Source of the DNA: Ignavibacteria bacterium | Lineage (GTDB): Bacteria; Bacteroidota; Ignavibacteria; Kapaibacteriales; UBA2268 | Direction: 5' to 3' | Assembly: GCA_012518115.1 (NCBI GenBank) | Contig: JAAYTD010000043.1 | Span: forward strand, 25,211-89,210 | DNA: 64,000 nt | Shown: piece after piece, positions 19,919-29,740 of the stretch | How positions within the stretch are numbered: position 1 is the first letter of the stretch | Layout of the letters: each line of letters starts with the position of its first letter | Translations under genes and position numbers: made by a program | Notes under the pieces: model-generated | Told to the model about the DNA's origin: nothing | Databases searched by the model: none | Seen by the model: the letters and a program-made list of their open reading frames with translations, nothing else

Positions 19919-20989
19919 ATGAAAGTATTTACCGCTGACGAAAATATACCGCTACTGAAAGAAGTATTACAACAGAAAAATAAAATCTATGAGTTTACAA
20001 CTAATAATTTAACTAATGAAGAGCTCATTGAAAATGGAACGGAATTTTTAATAGTACGCTCCACAATAAAAGTAAATGAAAATTTACTTAAAAATACTAA
20101 AGTTAAATTTGTAGCGACAGCAACATCAGGCACTGATCATATTGATACTGAATATCTTGCTAAAAACAATATAAACTTTATTTCTTCTGCTGGCTCAAAT
20201 GCTAATTCGGTTGCCGAATATGTTGTTTTTTCCATTTTACTCTGGATACAAAAACGCAATCGAGATTTATCCCAATTAACTCTCGGAATTGTAGGCTTTG
20301 GACATATCGGAAAAAAAGTAAAAATATATGCAGAAACATTAGGAATAAAAACATTAGTTAATGATCCACCCCTTGAAAGACAAAATCTATCTAATCAAAA
20401 ATTTTGCGAATTAGATGAAATTTTAGATAAATGCAATATAATTACTATCCATACTCCGATGATATTAGACGGAATAAATAAAACCTTGAATCTATTTGAC
20501 GCAAATAAAATTGAAAAAATTGCAAAGAATGCTTTGCTTATAAATACAGCAAGAGGTGGCATTGTTGATGAAAATGCACTTTTTGCAAGACGTAACGAAT
20601 TAGATTTCGTGATAGACGTTTGGGAAAATGAACCTGATTTTAATCTTGAGCTAGCTAGAGAAGCATTTTTATCAACTCCTCATATTGCAGGACATTCTTT
20701 TGAAGGAAAATTGAAAGCTACAAAACTTATTGTAGAGGAATTGAACAAAACATATCAATTAGGATTTGCTCTCTCGGAAGTAAACCAAATATTAAGTCAA
20801 GGCACAACTTTAACAAAAGAAGAAATGAAAAATGCAGATTTAACTTTATCTGCTTTAAATGAAAGTCGTAAATTATCACAAGATTCCGATTTCTTACTTT
20901 CATTATCCGATGAAAAAACACGAGTTAAAGAGTTCAAAAAGTTTCGCAACGAATATCCTAAACGGAATGAAATTTTATTTTTAAAATAA
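19919..20989 (+). CDS. pdxB: 4-phosphoerythronate dehydrogenase
   Basis: ADENIP, VRSTIKVN, ATATSGTDHID, GSNANSVAEYV, NDPP, INTARG, DVWENEP, TPHIAGHSFEGK. Confidence 0.9.
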   Translation: MKVFTADENIPLLKEVLQQKNKIYEFTTNNLTNEELIENGTEFLIVRSTIKVNENLLKNTKVKFVATATSGTDHIDTEYLAKNNINFISSAGSNANSVAEYVVFSILLWIQKRNRDLSQLTLGIVGFGHIGKKVKIYAETLGIKTLVNDPPLERQNLSNQKFCELDEILDKCNIITIHTPMILDGINKTLNLFDANKIEKIAKNALLINTARGGIVDENALFARRNELDFVIDVWENEPDFNLELAREAFLSTPHIAGHSFEGKLKATKLIVEELNKTYQLGFALSEVNQILSQGTTLTKEEMKNADLTLSALNESRKLSQDSDFLLSLSDEKTRVKEFKKFRNEYPKRNEILFLK

Positions 20990-21006
20990 ACCAGCTAAAA
21001 ATAAAA

Positions 21007-22329
21007 TCAAAGACGAAGTAAAAATTGCTCTATAAAAATCAATAATTCTTCTTTGTCAATAGATGTTTGTTTTGAAGAAAAACGCATTTCTTCAATTTTA
21101 CTTTGCACAATTAAATAATTTTGTGCCATAACTTCGCTAACTCCTTTCTCTGTTAAGAGATTATATATCTCCTCATCAGAAAGATTTTGTTTTTCTATTT
21201 GAAATTTATCTTCAATAAATTTATCAATAGCTGTCAAGAGTAATTTCAAAAATTTATCCGTATCCGCATCGTTTATTGCCATTGCAGCATCAGATAAATA
21301 ATTTTTAATAATATCATCGCCATCTAAGCTAGTATATACAAAATCATCCTCACTTGTATTTTCTTTATTGTTAACCTTTTTTTTACTAATATTTTTCTTG
21401 TAAAAAAACACAATTAGTCCAATTAAAATTAAAAATCCAAATACAAGAAAATAAATTAAAATTTGTTGCGAACTGCTGTCTTCCACAACTTCTTTATGCG
21501 TATCGTCAAGGAAAAAAACAGGAATAGCCTCACTAGCTAGTGTATAGTATTCTTTGGTAGTTGGCGAAAAACATAGTATTTCAATTGGTTTAACAATGTA
21601 GCTGCCTGTATCCGATGAAAACAAATCTAATTCGTAATTCTTCCAACTATAAATACTATTATTTTCTACAACAAAACTATCTAATGTGTTATATATGTTT
21701 ATTTTTAATCCAGTCGTTCTTTCTACAGTGGGAACATAAGGAACGGATAAATAGCCGTTTCCTAAAATATTTACTTTCATAAGAACATGCTCGTTCTTAT
21801 TTACTGTTACCGCACTCGCTTCCGTAGATATGTCAAAATCACCTATAAATACACATTTTTCATTAAATTTATTTTTAGGTAATTGTATTATTTCTATGGG
21901 AGTTGAATTTGAAGTAGATGTAAATTGTATATCAACATAACCATCAGGATATTGAGCAAGATATTCAGAATTATTTTCTAATGGAATACGTGCTGACAAA
22001 TCAAGTCCTAATTCATCAAGATTAGTTTTGCCACTTGCTTTTCCCTGCAAAAGATAGCGATGTAAAAGTGCTTTTTTGAAATGTAAATTATCAATAAGAG
22101 TATCTGTGAATTTCAGCTCGCCAAAGTTTATTTCTTTAGAAGTAAATGTATGGAATTTAGGCTCTTTTACAGCTTTAATATCTTGCAAGACTATATTATC
22201 ATTGACAATTAAATAATAATCGGCAATAAAAGCTTCACCAACATAAAAAGTATTTTTCTTTACTTTTAGTTCTAAATTAATGTTAGTTTTTGCAAGTTCC
22301 GTAGCAAATTTTGTTAATTCATTACTCAT
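21007..22329 (-). CDS. BatD-like protein with a C-terminal TM anchor
   Basis: YVGE..., I.LP, FIGDF.I, I.G.GY..., FSPTTKEYYTL pattern of BatD Ig-like domains; TM at about aa 290-310; no clear signal peptide. Confidence 0.6.
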   Translation of the reverse strand: MSNELTKFATELAKTNINLELKVKKNTFYVGEAFIADYYLIVNDNIVLQDIKAVKEPKFHTFTSKEINFGELKFTDTLIDNLHFKKALLHRYLLQGKASGKTNLDELGLDLSARIPLENNSEYLAQYPDGYVDIQFTSTSNSTPIEIIQLPKNKFNEKCVFIGDFDISTEASAVTVNKNEHVLMKVNILGNGYLSVPYVPTVERTTGLKINIYNTLDSFVVENNSIYSWKNYELDLFSSDTGSYIVKPIEILCFSPTTKEYYTLASEAIPVFFLDDTHKEVVEDSSSQQILIYFLVFGFLILIGLIVFFYKKNISKKKVNNKENTSEDDFVYTSLDGDDIIKNYLSDAAMAINDADTDKFLKLLLTAIDKFIEDKFQIEKQNLSDEEIYNLLTEKGVSEVMAQNYLIVQSKIEEMRFSSKQTSIDKEELLIFIEQFLLRL

Positions 22330-22351
22330 ATCAATTAATCTTCAAAAAATT

Positions 22352-23371
22352 TTAATTGTTTTCAAACATCATTTTTTTTGTTAATTCTTTTAATATCTCT
22401 AATATCTTCTTCGTATCCGTTTCGGTAGTTATTTCACTAACTTTATTGCACGTTACAACTTGCGCAAATTGAATCTCATTTAAAAATAAATTTATCTCTA
22501 AATCATTTGACTGTGAACGCTCAATAATTTGCCCTGTAATATATTTTTTTACACCAAAATTTGATAAAGCTGCAAGTTCAGAAACAGCAGGTCTTATATT
22601 ATTCTCAACTCCATAAAGATTGTACAAAGAATATAAATGATCGCGAGTTTCAATATCTAATACAACCCAATCTGGCGAATTACCTATTATTTCAAAAATC
22701 GTTTCTGTCATCTCATAGCTACGTATAAGCTCGTCTGTAAAGAACTCCCATTTTTCACTGTTTTCACCTTTCTGAAATTCTATGCCACATATAGCAAGAA
22801 GTGGAGCAGGCTTAGCGTTCTGCTTCTCAAAAAGCACAGAATCACTCTCTACTACAGCAAAAGCACGCTGCAAAGCTAATAAAAGCGAAGGATCATAAAT
22901 AGCGCGATGTTCGTCATCTGTAAAATAATGAAGCATAGCATAGCCCTCGCCTGTAATAACATTTTCAGGACTTTCAGGATTAATCCGCGATATTTCCGCT
23001 CGCAAAAGATTTCGCAGTTGCTCAACTTTTACAACTAATATACCATCTGCTTCCAAATTTTTAGCAATATCAAAAGCAGTGTATTTTTCTGGTAATTCTT
23101 GAATAACTTCAGAAATTTCTTCATTGGAAATTAGCTCATATTTCTCCGTAACAAGCATAGCTAAGTTAAGCGCTGCCGAGATCTTATACTCACTGCAAAA
23201 AGTTGTATCCACTCCATAGCTTAAAATACTCTTAGCTAAATATATCCTTTGCTTAGCAGGAGCTCCAGTATCTTGCTCATCAAGCTGATGCGAATATGCC
23301 ACATCGAAAAAACTTAATAAAAACAAGCAAGAAATTAAGAAATACCTTAATATATTTTTTACTATATTCAT
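22352..23371 (-). CDS. Secreted hypothetical protein, possibly two CsgG/TolB-N-like domains
   Basis: Signal peptide; two segments (KYELIS...IAKNLEADGILVVKV and DWVVLD...LSNFGVKKYITGQI) resembling that fold. Confidence 0.4.
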   Translation of the reverse strand: MNIVKNILRYFLISCLFLLSFFDVAYSHQLDEQDTGAPAKQRIYLAKSILSYGVDTTFCSEYKISAALNLAMLVTEKYELISNEEISEVIQELPEKYTAFDIAKNLEADGILVVKVEQLRNLLRAEISRINPESPENVITGEGYAMLHYFTDDEHRAIYDPSLLLALQRAFAVVESDSVLFEKQNAKPAPLLAICGIEFQKGENSEKWEFFTDELIRSYEMTETIFEIIGNSPDWVVLDIETRDHLYSLYNLYGVENNIRPAVSELAALSNFGVKKYITGQIIERSQSNDLEINLFLNEIQFAQVVTCNKVSEITTETDTKKILEILKELTKKMMFENN

Positions 23372-23474
23372 AAATTATTATCACATTTCTAAAGCTAAAT
23401 ACAAAAATACAATTTTTTCATATATTTTTACGCTTTTTTTTGACCTTTTTAATTATTGTAATACAATTTTGAAT

Positions 23475-23548
23475 AACTCTCCTCTTAAAAGAAGAATTTT
23501 CCTGTTCAACGAAGGGCGAAAATTCCCTTTCGGAACGAAGAAGAATTT
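23475..23548. repeat. Degenerate REP-like copies upstream of trpS
   Basis: AAATTCCCTTTCGGAACGAAG (23520-23540) nearly matches the reverse complement of 10066-10086 (AAATTCCCCTTTGGAACGAAG). Confidence 0.55.
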
Positions 23549-23612
23549 ATATAATTCAATTTGGTATAATTTCTTCAACACTAACTACTTAAACTATTTT
23601 ATCTTCTTTTAT

Positions 23613-23643
23613 TTTGTTTTCTTTCTTATTTTGTTTATTTTTG
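23613..23643 (+). promoter_or_regulatory. Bacteroidota-type promoter of trpS (-33 TTTG / -7 TAnnTTTG)
   Basis: TTTG 23613-23616, 19-nt spacer, TATTTTTG 23636-23643, 34 nt before ATG. Confidence 0.5.
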
Positions 23644-23677
23644 CAGATTATACTATTTTATCTTATATTAAAAATCA

Positions 23678-24715
23678 ATGGAAAAACAGAACAGCAAAAC
23701 CAATACAGATACAATTACTCGCCGAAAAACTATTTTAAGTGGGATTCAGCCTTCAGGTAAATTAACTATTGGGCATCTATCGGGTGCCTTAGATAATTGG
23801 GTAAAGCTCCAAGATGAATATAATTGTTTTTATATGATAGCAGACTTACATGCTATAACTGTCAGGCAAGTTCCTGCTCTTTTGCGTTCTCAGACATTAG
23901 AGACCGTTGCAATTTATTTAGCATGTGGCATTGATCCTAAAAAAAGTACGTTATTTGTTCAATCTCATGTTGCGGAACATTCTCAGCTAGCTTGGGTTTT
24001 GAATTGCTTTACTGGAATGGGCGAATGCTCTAAGATGACACAATTTAAGGACAAATCGAAAACACATAAAGAGAATATTAACGTTGGACTTTTTTCTTAT
24101 CCTACTCTAATGGCGGCGGATATTTTGCTTTATCAAGCAGATTTAGTACCTGTTGGCGAAGATCAGAAGCAACATTTAGAACTTTCGCGTAATTTAGCAC
24201 AACGTTTCAATCACTATTATAGCAATACTTTCAAGATACCGGAGCCTTATATTCCAAAAATTGGAGCAAGAATAATGTCTCTTCAAGAGCCGACAAAAAA
24301 AATGTCAAAATCTGATGAAAATGAACGCAATATCATTTTTATTGATGACACGCGTGAACAAATTATCAATAAAGTCAAGCGTAGTGTAACCGATAGTGGC
24401 AGTGAAATAAAGATGGCAGCGGACAAACCCGGCATTTCTAACCTTATGACTTTATATAACATAGCTACGGGCAAAAATTTTACAGAGATTGAATCAGAAT
24501 TTTCGGGAAAAGGTTACGGAGATTTCAAACTTGCGGTTGGTGAAGCAGTAGCAGATTACATACAACCTATACGTGAAAAATTTATCGAATATAGAAACGA
24601 CAAAAAAATGTTAAACGATATTCTGAAAGAAGGTGCAAGTAATGCACACTTTGTAGCTTCAAGAACATTATCTAAGGTCTATAAAAAAATAGGCTTATAT
24701 TCTTTAGATAAATAA
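23678..24715 (+). CDS. trpS: Tryptophan--tRNA ligase
   Basis: SGIQPSG, TIGH, ADLHAIT, YPTLMAADIL, VPVGEDQKQHLE, KMSKS. Confidence 0.97.
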   Translation: MEKQNSKTNTDTITRRKTILSGIQPSGKLTIGHLSGALDNWVKLQDEYNCFYMIADLHAITVRQVPALLRSQTLETVAIYLACGIDPKKSTLFVQSHVAEHSQLAWVLNCFTGMGECSKMTQFKDKSKTHKENINVGLFSYPTLMAADILLYQADLVPVGEDQKQHLELSRNLAQRFNHYYSNTFKIPEPYIPKIGARIMSLQEPTKKMSKSDENERNIIFIDDTREQIINKVKRSVTDSGSEIKMAADKPGISNLMTLYNIATGKNFTEIESEFSGKGYGDFKLAVGEAVADYIQPIREKFIEYRNDKKMLNDILKEGASNAHFVASRTLSKVYKKIGLYSLDK

Positions 24716-24788
24716 TTTATAAACTGTTATTATAAAAACTTTAGTTTTTACCATTGACACTCAAAAAAAAAAACTTTAGCTGTAATTT

Positions 24789-25283
24789 ATGCAAAAGAAA
24801 TTTTTAAATCTAACTAATGGCATTGAAGCTATAGAACGTTATTCTCTTGATATATCTGAAGTTAATTTTATTCGCATACAATCAACGCACTGTGAACAGT
24901 TTCAATTTGAAAGAATACTTTTAGAACTTGACAATAATTTTTTGATGTGGCTAGCTCTTGGTTACGAATGTATTATTTATGATTTTGGCGCTGCTGGCAG
25001 TGAGACTTCAAAAGCGGTTTATCATGGTGTAGAATGGATTAAGTATGTGCTTAATAAGCGCTGGTTTGGCAAAGATACTATTCCTTATGTACGTGGAAAA
25101 ATGGTGCTTTCGTCTTTTCAAAACTATTATTCTCAATTAAGTAGAAAAACTAAACGTCGCATTGATTACTTCAAAAATTTTCTATTAGTTACAGATTTGA
25201 AATTAGTATCTATAACATCGGCTTCAAGTTATGACGGTCAAAAAGAGAAATTAGCAGAATTGATAAAAACTTATATTACCTGA
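24789..25283 (+). CDS. Hypothetical cytoplasmic protein
   Basis: 164-aa ORF filling the trpS-mnmE gap on the same strand; motif-like NLTNGIE, FIRIQSTHCEQ, LALG..C.IYDFG; no family recognised. Confidence 0.75.
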   Translation: MQKKFLNLTNGIEAIERYSLDISEVNFIRIQSTHCEQFQFERILLELDNNFLMWLALGYECIIYDFGAAGSETSKAVYHGVEWIKYVLNKRWFGKDTIPYVRGKMVLSSFQNYYSQLSRKTKRRIDYFKNFLLVTDLKLVSITSASSYDGQKEKLAELIKTYIT

Positions 25284-25314
25284 TAGAAAGTATTTTTTAG
25301 AGTATAAATAAATT

Positions 25315-26664
25315 ATGAGAACAATTGTAGCACAAGCAACTGCTCACGGAATTAGTGGTCTTGCTATTATTCGTGTTTCCGGAGCTAAAGCGTTTGAACT
25401 TGTTGATATTTTTTTTAGCGGCAAGAAAAAAATTTGCGATGCTAAAAGCCATACTATTTTATATGGAAATTTCATTGAAGATGGCAATATTATTGACGAT
25501 GTTACAATTTCTGTTTTTAGAGCTCCGCATTCATATACAGGTGACGATGTTATTGAAATTGGTTGCCATGGCGGAAATATTATCCCGCAAAAAATCATAA
25601 GTATGTTAATTTCAGCAGGTTGCACTTATGCCGATGCGGGTGAATTTACGCGACGTGCATTTATAAACGGAAAGCTTAATTTAATGCAAGCCGAAGCAGT
25701 TGCTGATTTAATTCATTCAATTTCTTTACCTAGCGCTATAACTTCTGCACGTCAACTGCATGGCGGATTTACTAAACAACTTTCGGATATACGTAAAAAT
25801 CTTATAAATATAGCAGCTCTTTTAGAACTTGATCTTGATTTTGCTGAAGATGAAGTTGCTATTTTTGATAGCTCTAAAATCAAAGAAGACTTAACTAGCG
25901 CTCTCCGTTTATGTGAGTATTTACGTTCTTCTTATAATTCTGCAAATATACTGCGAGAAGGCTTTTTTGTAACTATATGTGGCTTGCCTAATTCAGGGAA
26001 ATCAACTCTTTTTAATGCGATTTTAAATAAAAACAGAGCTATTGTCAGCAATATTCCGGGCACAACTCGTGATTATCTTGAAGAAAGCATAATTATAAAC
26101 GATATTGCTATTAAGTTTATAGATACGGCAGGCTTACGTAAAACACAAAACTTTATTGAAAGTGAAGGCATAAAATTAGTTTATGATAAATTAGAAGAAG
26201 CGAACTTGGTACTTTTTTTAAAAGATGTTACAGAACAAGATGCAACAGCTATTAATATTTATAATGAATTAAAGCAAAAATATCCTGCTCAAAAATTCCT
26301 ATTTGTCAACAATAAATGCGACTTATTAGAAAATAATTTATTGACGCCAAAAAAAAATACTATAAATATATCAGCAAAAAATCAAGATGATATAGAAAAG
26401 TTAAAACAAGAAATAGGAAAAATTGCAAAAGATTGTGTAAATATTAACAACGAAATTTTACTTAATCAGCGTCAATATCATTTACTTGGTAAATCAATGG
26501 AACATCTTATAACAGCTATAGAAGATCTGGGCAGTGGCGCTAGTAGCGAATTTATAGCTCCTAGTGTTCGTTCGGCTGGAAATGCAATAGGCAAAATTAA
26601 TGGCGAAACTTGGAACGACGAAGTTCTAAATAATATCTTCAGTAATTTTTGTATTGGAAAATAA
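25315..26664 (+). CDS. mnmE: tRNA U34 modification GTPase MnmE
   Basis: TIVAQAT, IIRVSG, PHSYTGDD, GEFTRRAF.NGK, GLPNSGKS, GTTRD, DTAG, NKCD, C-terminal FCIGK. Confidence 0.96.
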   Translation: MRTIVAQATAHGISGLAIIRVSGAKAFELVDIFFSGKKKICDAKSHTILYGNFIEDGNIIDDVTISVFRAPHSYTGDDVIEIGCHGGNIIPQKIISMLISAGCTYADAGEFTRRAFINGKLNLMQAEAVADLIHSISLPSAITSARQLHGGFTKQLSDIRKNLINIAALLELDLDFAEDEVAIFDSSKIKEDLTSALRLCEYLRSSYNSANILREGFFVTICGLPNSGKSTLFNAILNKNRAIVSNIPGTTRDYLEESIIINDIAIKFIDTAGLRKTQNFIESEGIKLVYDKLEEANLVLFLKDVTEQDATAINIYNELKQKYPAQKFLFVNNKCDLLENNLLTPKKNTINISAKNQDDIEKLKQEIGKIAKDCVNINNEILLNQRQYHLLGKSMEHLITAIEDLGSGASSEFIAPSVRSAGNAIGKINGETWNDEVLNNIFSNFCIGK

Positions 26665-26686
26665 TTTTAAAATATAGGATTTCACG

Positions 26687-27205
26687 ATGAATAGACATTT
26701 TAATGAAATATCACCATTTGAACTAAATTACAATTTTTTCAATGGATTATCAAACGATTGGGCATTACTCTGCACAGGAAATTCCGAAAAGCAAGCAAAC
26801 ATTATGACGATTAGTTGGGGTGGCACAGGAATTTTATGGAATAAACCTGTAGCTATATGCTATGTTCGTCCGCAACGCTTTACTTTTGAAATACTTAAAG
26901 AATGCAATAACTTTACTATCAATTTTTTTGACCATAATAAATATAAAAATGAACTTTCTATATGCGGAACAAAATCAGGCAGAGATATAAATAAGTTTGA
27001 AAAAACAGGTTTAAACTTGAAAAAAATTGGTAACAATATCGGCGTTCAAGAAGCAAAACTAATTTTAAGTTGTAAAATTTTATATTCAGACTTTTTGAAA
27101 GAAGAAAACTTTTTAGAAAAGAAAATAGTTGAAGAATTTTATCCAACAAAAGATCTTCATAAATTTTTTATAGCAGAAATAACAAATGTTTTACAAGCTA
27201 GTTAG
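26687..27205 (+). CDS. Flavin reductase-like FMN-binding protein
   Basis: NIMTISWGG.G..WNKP, YVRPQRFT, CGTKSGRDINK, DLH..FIAEI. Confidence 0.85.
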   Translation: MNRHFNEISPFELNYNFFNGLSNDWALLCTGNSEKQANIMTISWGGTGILWNKPVAICYVRPQRFTFEILKECNNFTINFFDHNKYKNELSICGTKSGRDINKFEKTGLNLKKIGNNIGVQEAKLILSCKILYSDFLKEENFLEKKIVEEFYPTKDLHKFFIAEITNVLQAS

Positions 27206-27214
27206 AGCAAAATA

Positions 27215-27877
27215 ATGAGAGAACGCCAGACTCCTTTAACAAAGGAAATACAAAACTATATATATGAAAATTTTAATGCTGAAGACGAACTTTTATCGGA
27301 AATTTCCAATCAGTGTTGGGCTGAAGCTACTATTCCACAAATAAATATTACAGGCTATCAAGCAAATTTTTTGCAATTTCTTATTAAAGCAATTGATGCA
27401 AAAAACATATTGGAGATTGGAACTTTAGCAGGATATTCAGCGATTGTTATGGCTCGCGCTAGTTCGGCAAAAGCAAAAATTTTAACGATAGAAAAAGAAA
27501 AAAAACACGCTGATTACGCTATGAAAAAAATAGCAGAAGCAGGATTTAGCAATAAAATCAAAGTACAAGTTGAAGATGCACGCCAATTTGTAAAGCATTT
27601 CACACCGCAAACAAAGCTTGATTTTATCTTTTTAGATGCTAATAAGTCTTCGTATTCTCAGTACTTTGATGAACTAGCGCCACATCTACGACAAGGCGGA
27701 ATGATAGTTGCGGACAATGCTTTTGCTTTCGGCTTTTTACTTGATTCAGCACCTGAGCGTAACCCGAAAGGAGTACGTTCTATGCTTAGTTTTCATAAAC
27801 ATATACTTGAACGTAATGATTTTTTTACTACAATTGTTCCTATCGGTGATGGTATGCTTATAAGTTTAAAAAAATAA
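27215..27877 (+). CDS. SAM-dependent O-methyltransferase (CCoAOMT/TrmR-like)
   Basis: ILEIGTLAGYS, DFIFLDANK, GGMIVADN, PIGDG. Confidence 0.9.
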   Translation: MRERQTPLTKEIQNYIYENFNAEDELLSEISNQCWAEATIPQINITGYQANFLQFLIKAIDAKNILEIGTLAGYSAIVMARASSAKAKILTIEKEKKHADYAMKKIAEAGFSNKIKVQVEDARQFVKHFTPQTKLDFIFLDANKSSYSQYFDELAPHLRQGGMIVADNAFAFGFLLDSAPERNPKGVRSMLSFHKHILERNDFFTTIVPIGDGMLISLKK

Positions 27878-27923
27878 ATAATCGATTTACTAGCTAGTTG
27901 CTCTAAACCGATTATTTATTTTT
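27870..27923. terminator. Bidirectional terminator between the methyltransferase and recA
   Basis: Long imperfect inverted repeat AAAAATAAATAATCGATTTA / TAAACCGATTATTTATTTTT between convergent genes. Confidence 0.7.
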
Positions 27924-27944
27924 GACTTATCTGTAAAATTTATA

Positions 27945-29015
27945 TTATTGTTCTTCTATATCTGCTTTCTTTTCTACTTGCTTATTTATATTAAAACTTT
28001 GGTTTTCATTTAGCAATTTCTTTACTTCTTCTTCAAGTTTTTTCAATAAATCAGCGTTTTCTGTAAGAACTTTTTTCAAAGCATCTCTTCCTTGTACTCT
28101 TTCTTCACCATAAGTGTACCAAGAACCACTTTTTTGTATCACACCATATTCTGTTCCTATATCTAATAAATCTCCAATCTTAGAAATGCCTTCGTTATAC
28201 ATAATATCAAATTCAACTTCTTTGAAAGGTGGCGCCACTTTATTTTTAACAACTTTTACTCTAACACGATTTCCTATAATTTCATTACCTTCTTTCAATA
28301 CGTCTTTTCTGCGTATATCCATACGTACAGAAGCATAGAATTTAAGCGCATTTCCGCCTGTTGTTGTTTCAGGATTTCCATATATCACACCGATTTTACT
28401 TCGTAATTGATTAGTAAACACAACTGTTGTTCTGGACTTCCCTATAGCAGCATTTAACTTACGCATAGCTTGCGACATTAATCTTGCTTGCGATCCCATT
28501 TGTGCATCGCCCATTTCGCCTTCTATTTCAACGCGTGGAGTAAGAGCAGCAACAGAGTCTATGATAATAACATCTATAGCATTACTACGTACCAAAGTTT
28601 CAACTATCTCGAGAGCTTGTTCACCAAACTCTGGTTGAGAAAGTAATAAAGTATCTAAATTTACTCCTAAACGTTGTGCATAATTTACATCAAGAGCGTG
28701 TTCAGTATCTACAAAAGCCGCTAGTCCGCCTTTCTTTTGAGCTTCCGCTATTATATGCAAACAAACAGTTGTCTTACCTGAAGATTCAGGTCCATAAATT
28801 TCAATAATTCTACCACGAGGCACACCACCGACACCTATAGCTGCATCAAGTGAAATACAACCTGTAGAAATCACTTCAACCTGTTCTACTTGCTTTTGAC
28901 TTAAAAGCATAATAGAACCTTTTCCATAGGTTTTTTCTATTTGATCAATAGCTATTTTTACAGCTTTTAATTTTTCCTCTGTTACAGAGTTCGTAGCAGG
29001 AGTTTTATCTTTCAT
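27945..29015 (-). CDS. recA: Recombinase A
   Basis: [59 protein letters not shown]. Confidence 0.99.
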   Translation of the reverse strand: MKDKTPATNSVTEEKLKAVKIAIDQIEKTYGKGSIMLLSQKQVEQVEVISTGCISLDAAIGVGGVPRGRIIEIYGPESSGKTTVCLHIIAEAQKKGGLAAFVDTEHALDVNYAQRLGVNLDTLLLSQPEFGEQALEIVETLVRSNAIDVIIIDSVAALTPRVEIEGEMGDAQMGSQARLMSQAMRKLNAAIGKSRTTVVFTNQLRSKIGVIYGNPETTTGGNALKFYASVRMDIRRKDVLKEGNEIIGNRVRVKVVKNKVAPPFKEVEFDIMYNEGISKIGDLLDIGTEYGVIQKSGSWYTYGEERVQGRDALKKVLTENADLLKKLEEEVKKLLNENQSFNINKQVEKKADIEEQ

Positions 29016-29056
29016 TGTTTTTATATTAATTTAATTTGATTTGACAAAATATATTG

Positions 29057-29064
29057 CAAATATA
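29057..29064 (-). promoter_or_regulatory. Bacteroidota-type -7 element upstream of recA
   Basis: TATATTTG on the minus strand, 41 nt upstream of the start codon. Confidence 0.5.
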
Positions 29065-29138
29065 TAAAAAATATTTGTATTTTTAGTAAAAAAATGTTAT
29101 TTTAGCAAAATTGTTTATATTTATTTTAGGAACAAAAA

Positions 29139-29663
29139 ATGAAAAGAACTTTATTGTCTTTATTTGTTTTAAGCCTTTTCTTATTAACTGCAACACATAC
29201 TAAAGCAGCTTATACAAAGGCAATTACTGTAGACCCTATATTACTCTTACAGTGGAACGATTTAAGATTTCGATATGAAACCTCGTTAAGTTCCAAAAAT
29301 TCATTAGCTTTAGATCTTGAATTAGATAACAGATATAACGATGTTGTCGGTTTTAGAGTAGGAGCTCTTTACAGATGGTATTTTCGTGATGTTTTCCCAG
29401 TTCACACTGCAGGATTGGAAGGTTTTAATTTAGGTCCTTATGCTTTGTTAGGGTTCTATTCTTGGGACTATCCTGTAAGTAATGATCGTAGAGAAAGGCG
29501 TACAAATGTTCATCTTGAACTTGGTGGTGAACTTGCCTACAAATGGGTTTTTGGTGGATTTACTATAGAACCTAACTTTAGATTAGGATTTCCCGTTGTT
29601 AAAAAAGGTTATTACACCAACTTTTATTATGGTTTCGGCGTTGGTTTAGGATACGCTTGGTAA
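29139..29663 (+). CDS. Small outer-membrane beta-barrel protein (DUF3575-like)
   Basis: Signal peptide ending TKA; alternating aromatic strands; C-terminal GVGLGYAW. Confidence 0.7.
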   Translation: MKRTLLSLFVLSLFLLTATHTKAAYTKAITVDPILLLQWNDLRFRYETSLSSKNSLALDLELDNRYNDVVGFRVGALYRWYFRDVFPVHTAGLEGFNLGPYALLGFYSWDYPVSNDRRERRTNVHLELGGELAYKWVFGGFTIEPNFRLGFPVVKKGYYTNFYYGFGVGLGYAW

Positions 29664-29704
29664 AAGTAAAAAGTTAATATTTCATATTTTAACAATATAA
29701 AAGT

Positions 29705-29740
29705 AAAAGAGAGATTTTATCAAAATAGTCTCTCTTTTTT
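29705..29740. terminator. Bidirectional terminator
   Basis: AAAAGAGAGA / TCTCTCTTTT stem between convergent genes. Confidence 0.7.

Noticed and set aside
23469-23738. 89-aa plus-strand ORF upstream of trpS as a leader peptide
   Set aside because: TTG start, runs through REP-like and T-rich promoter sequence, overlaps trpS out of frame, no tandem Trp codons or attenuator
29016-29138. LexA/SOS box upstream of recA
   Set aside because: Only AT-rich pseudo-palindromes; no LexA motif I can support for this lineage
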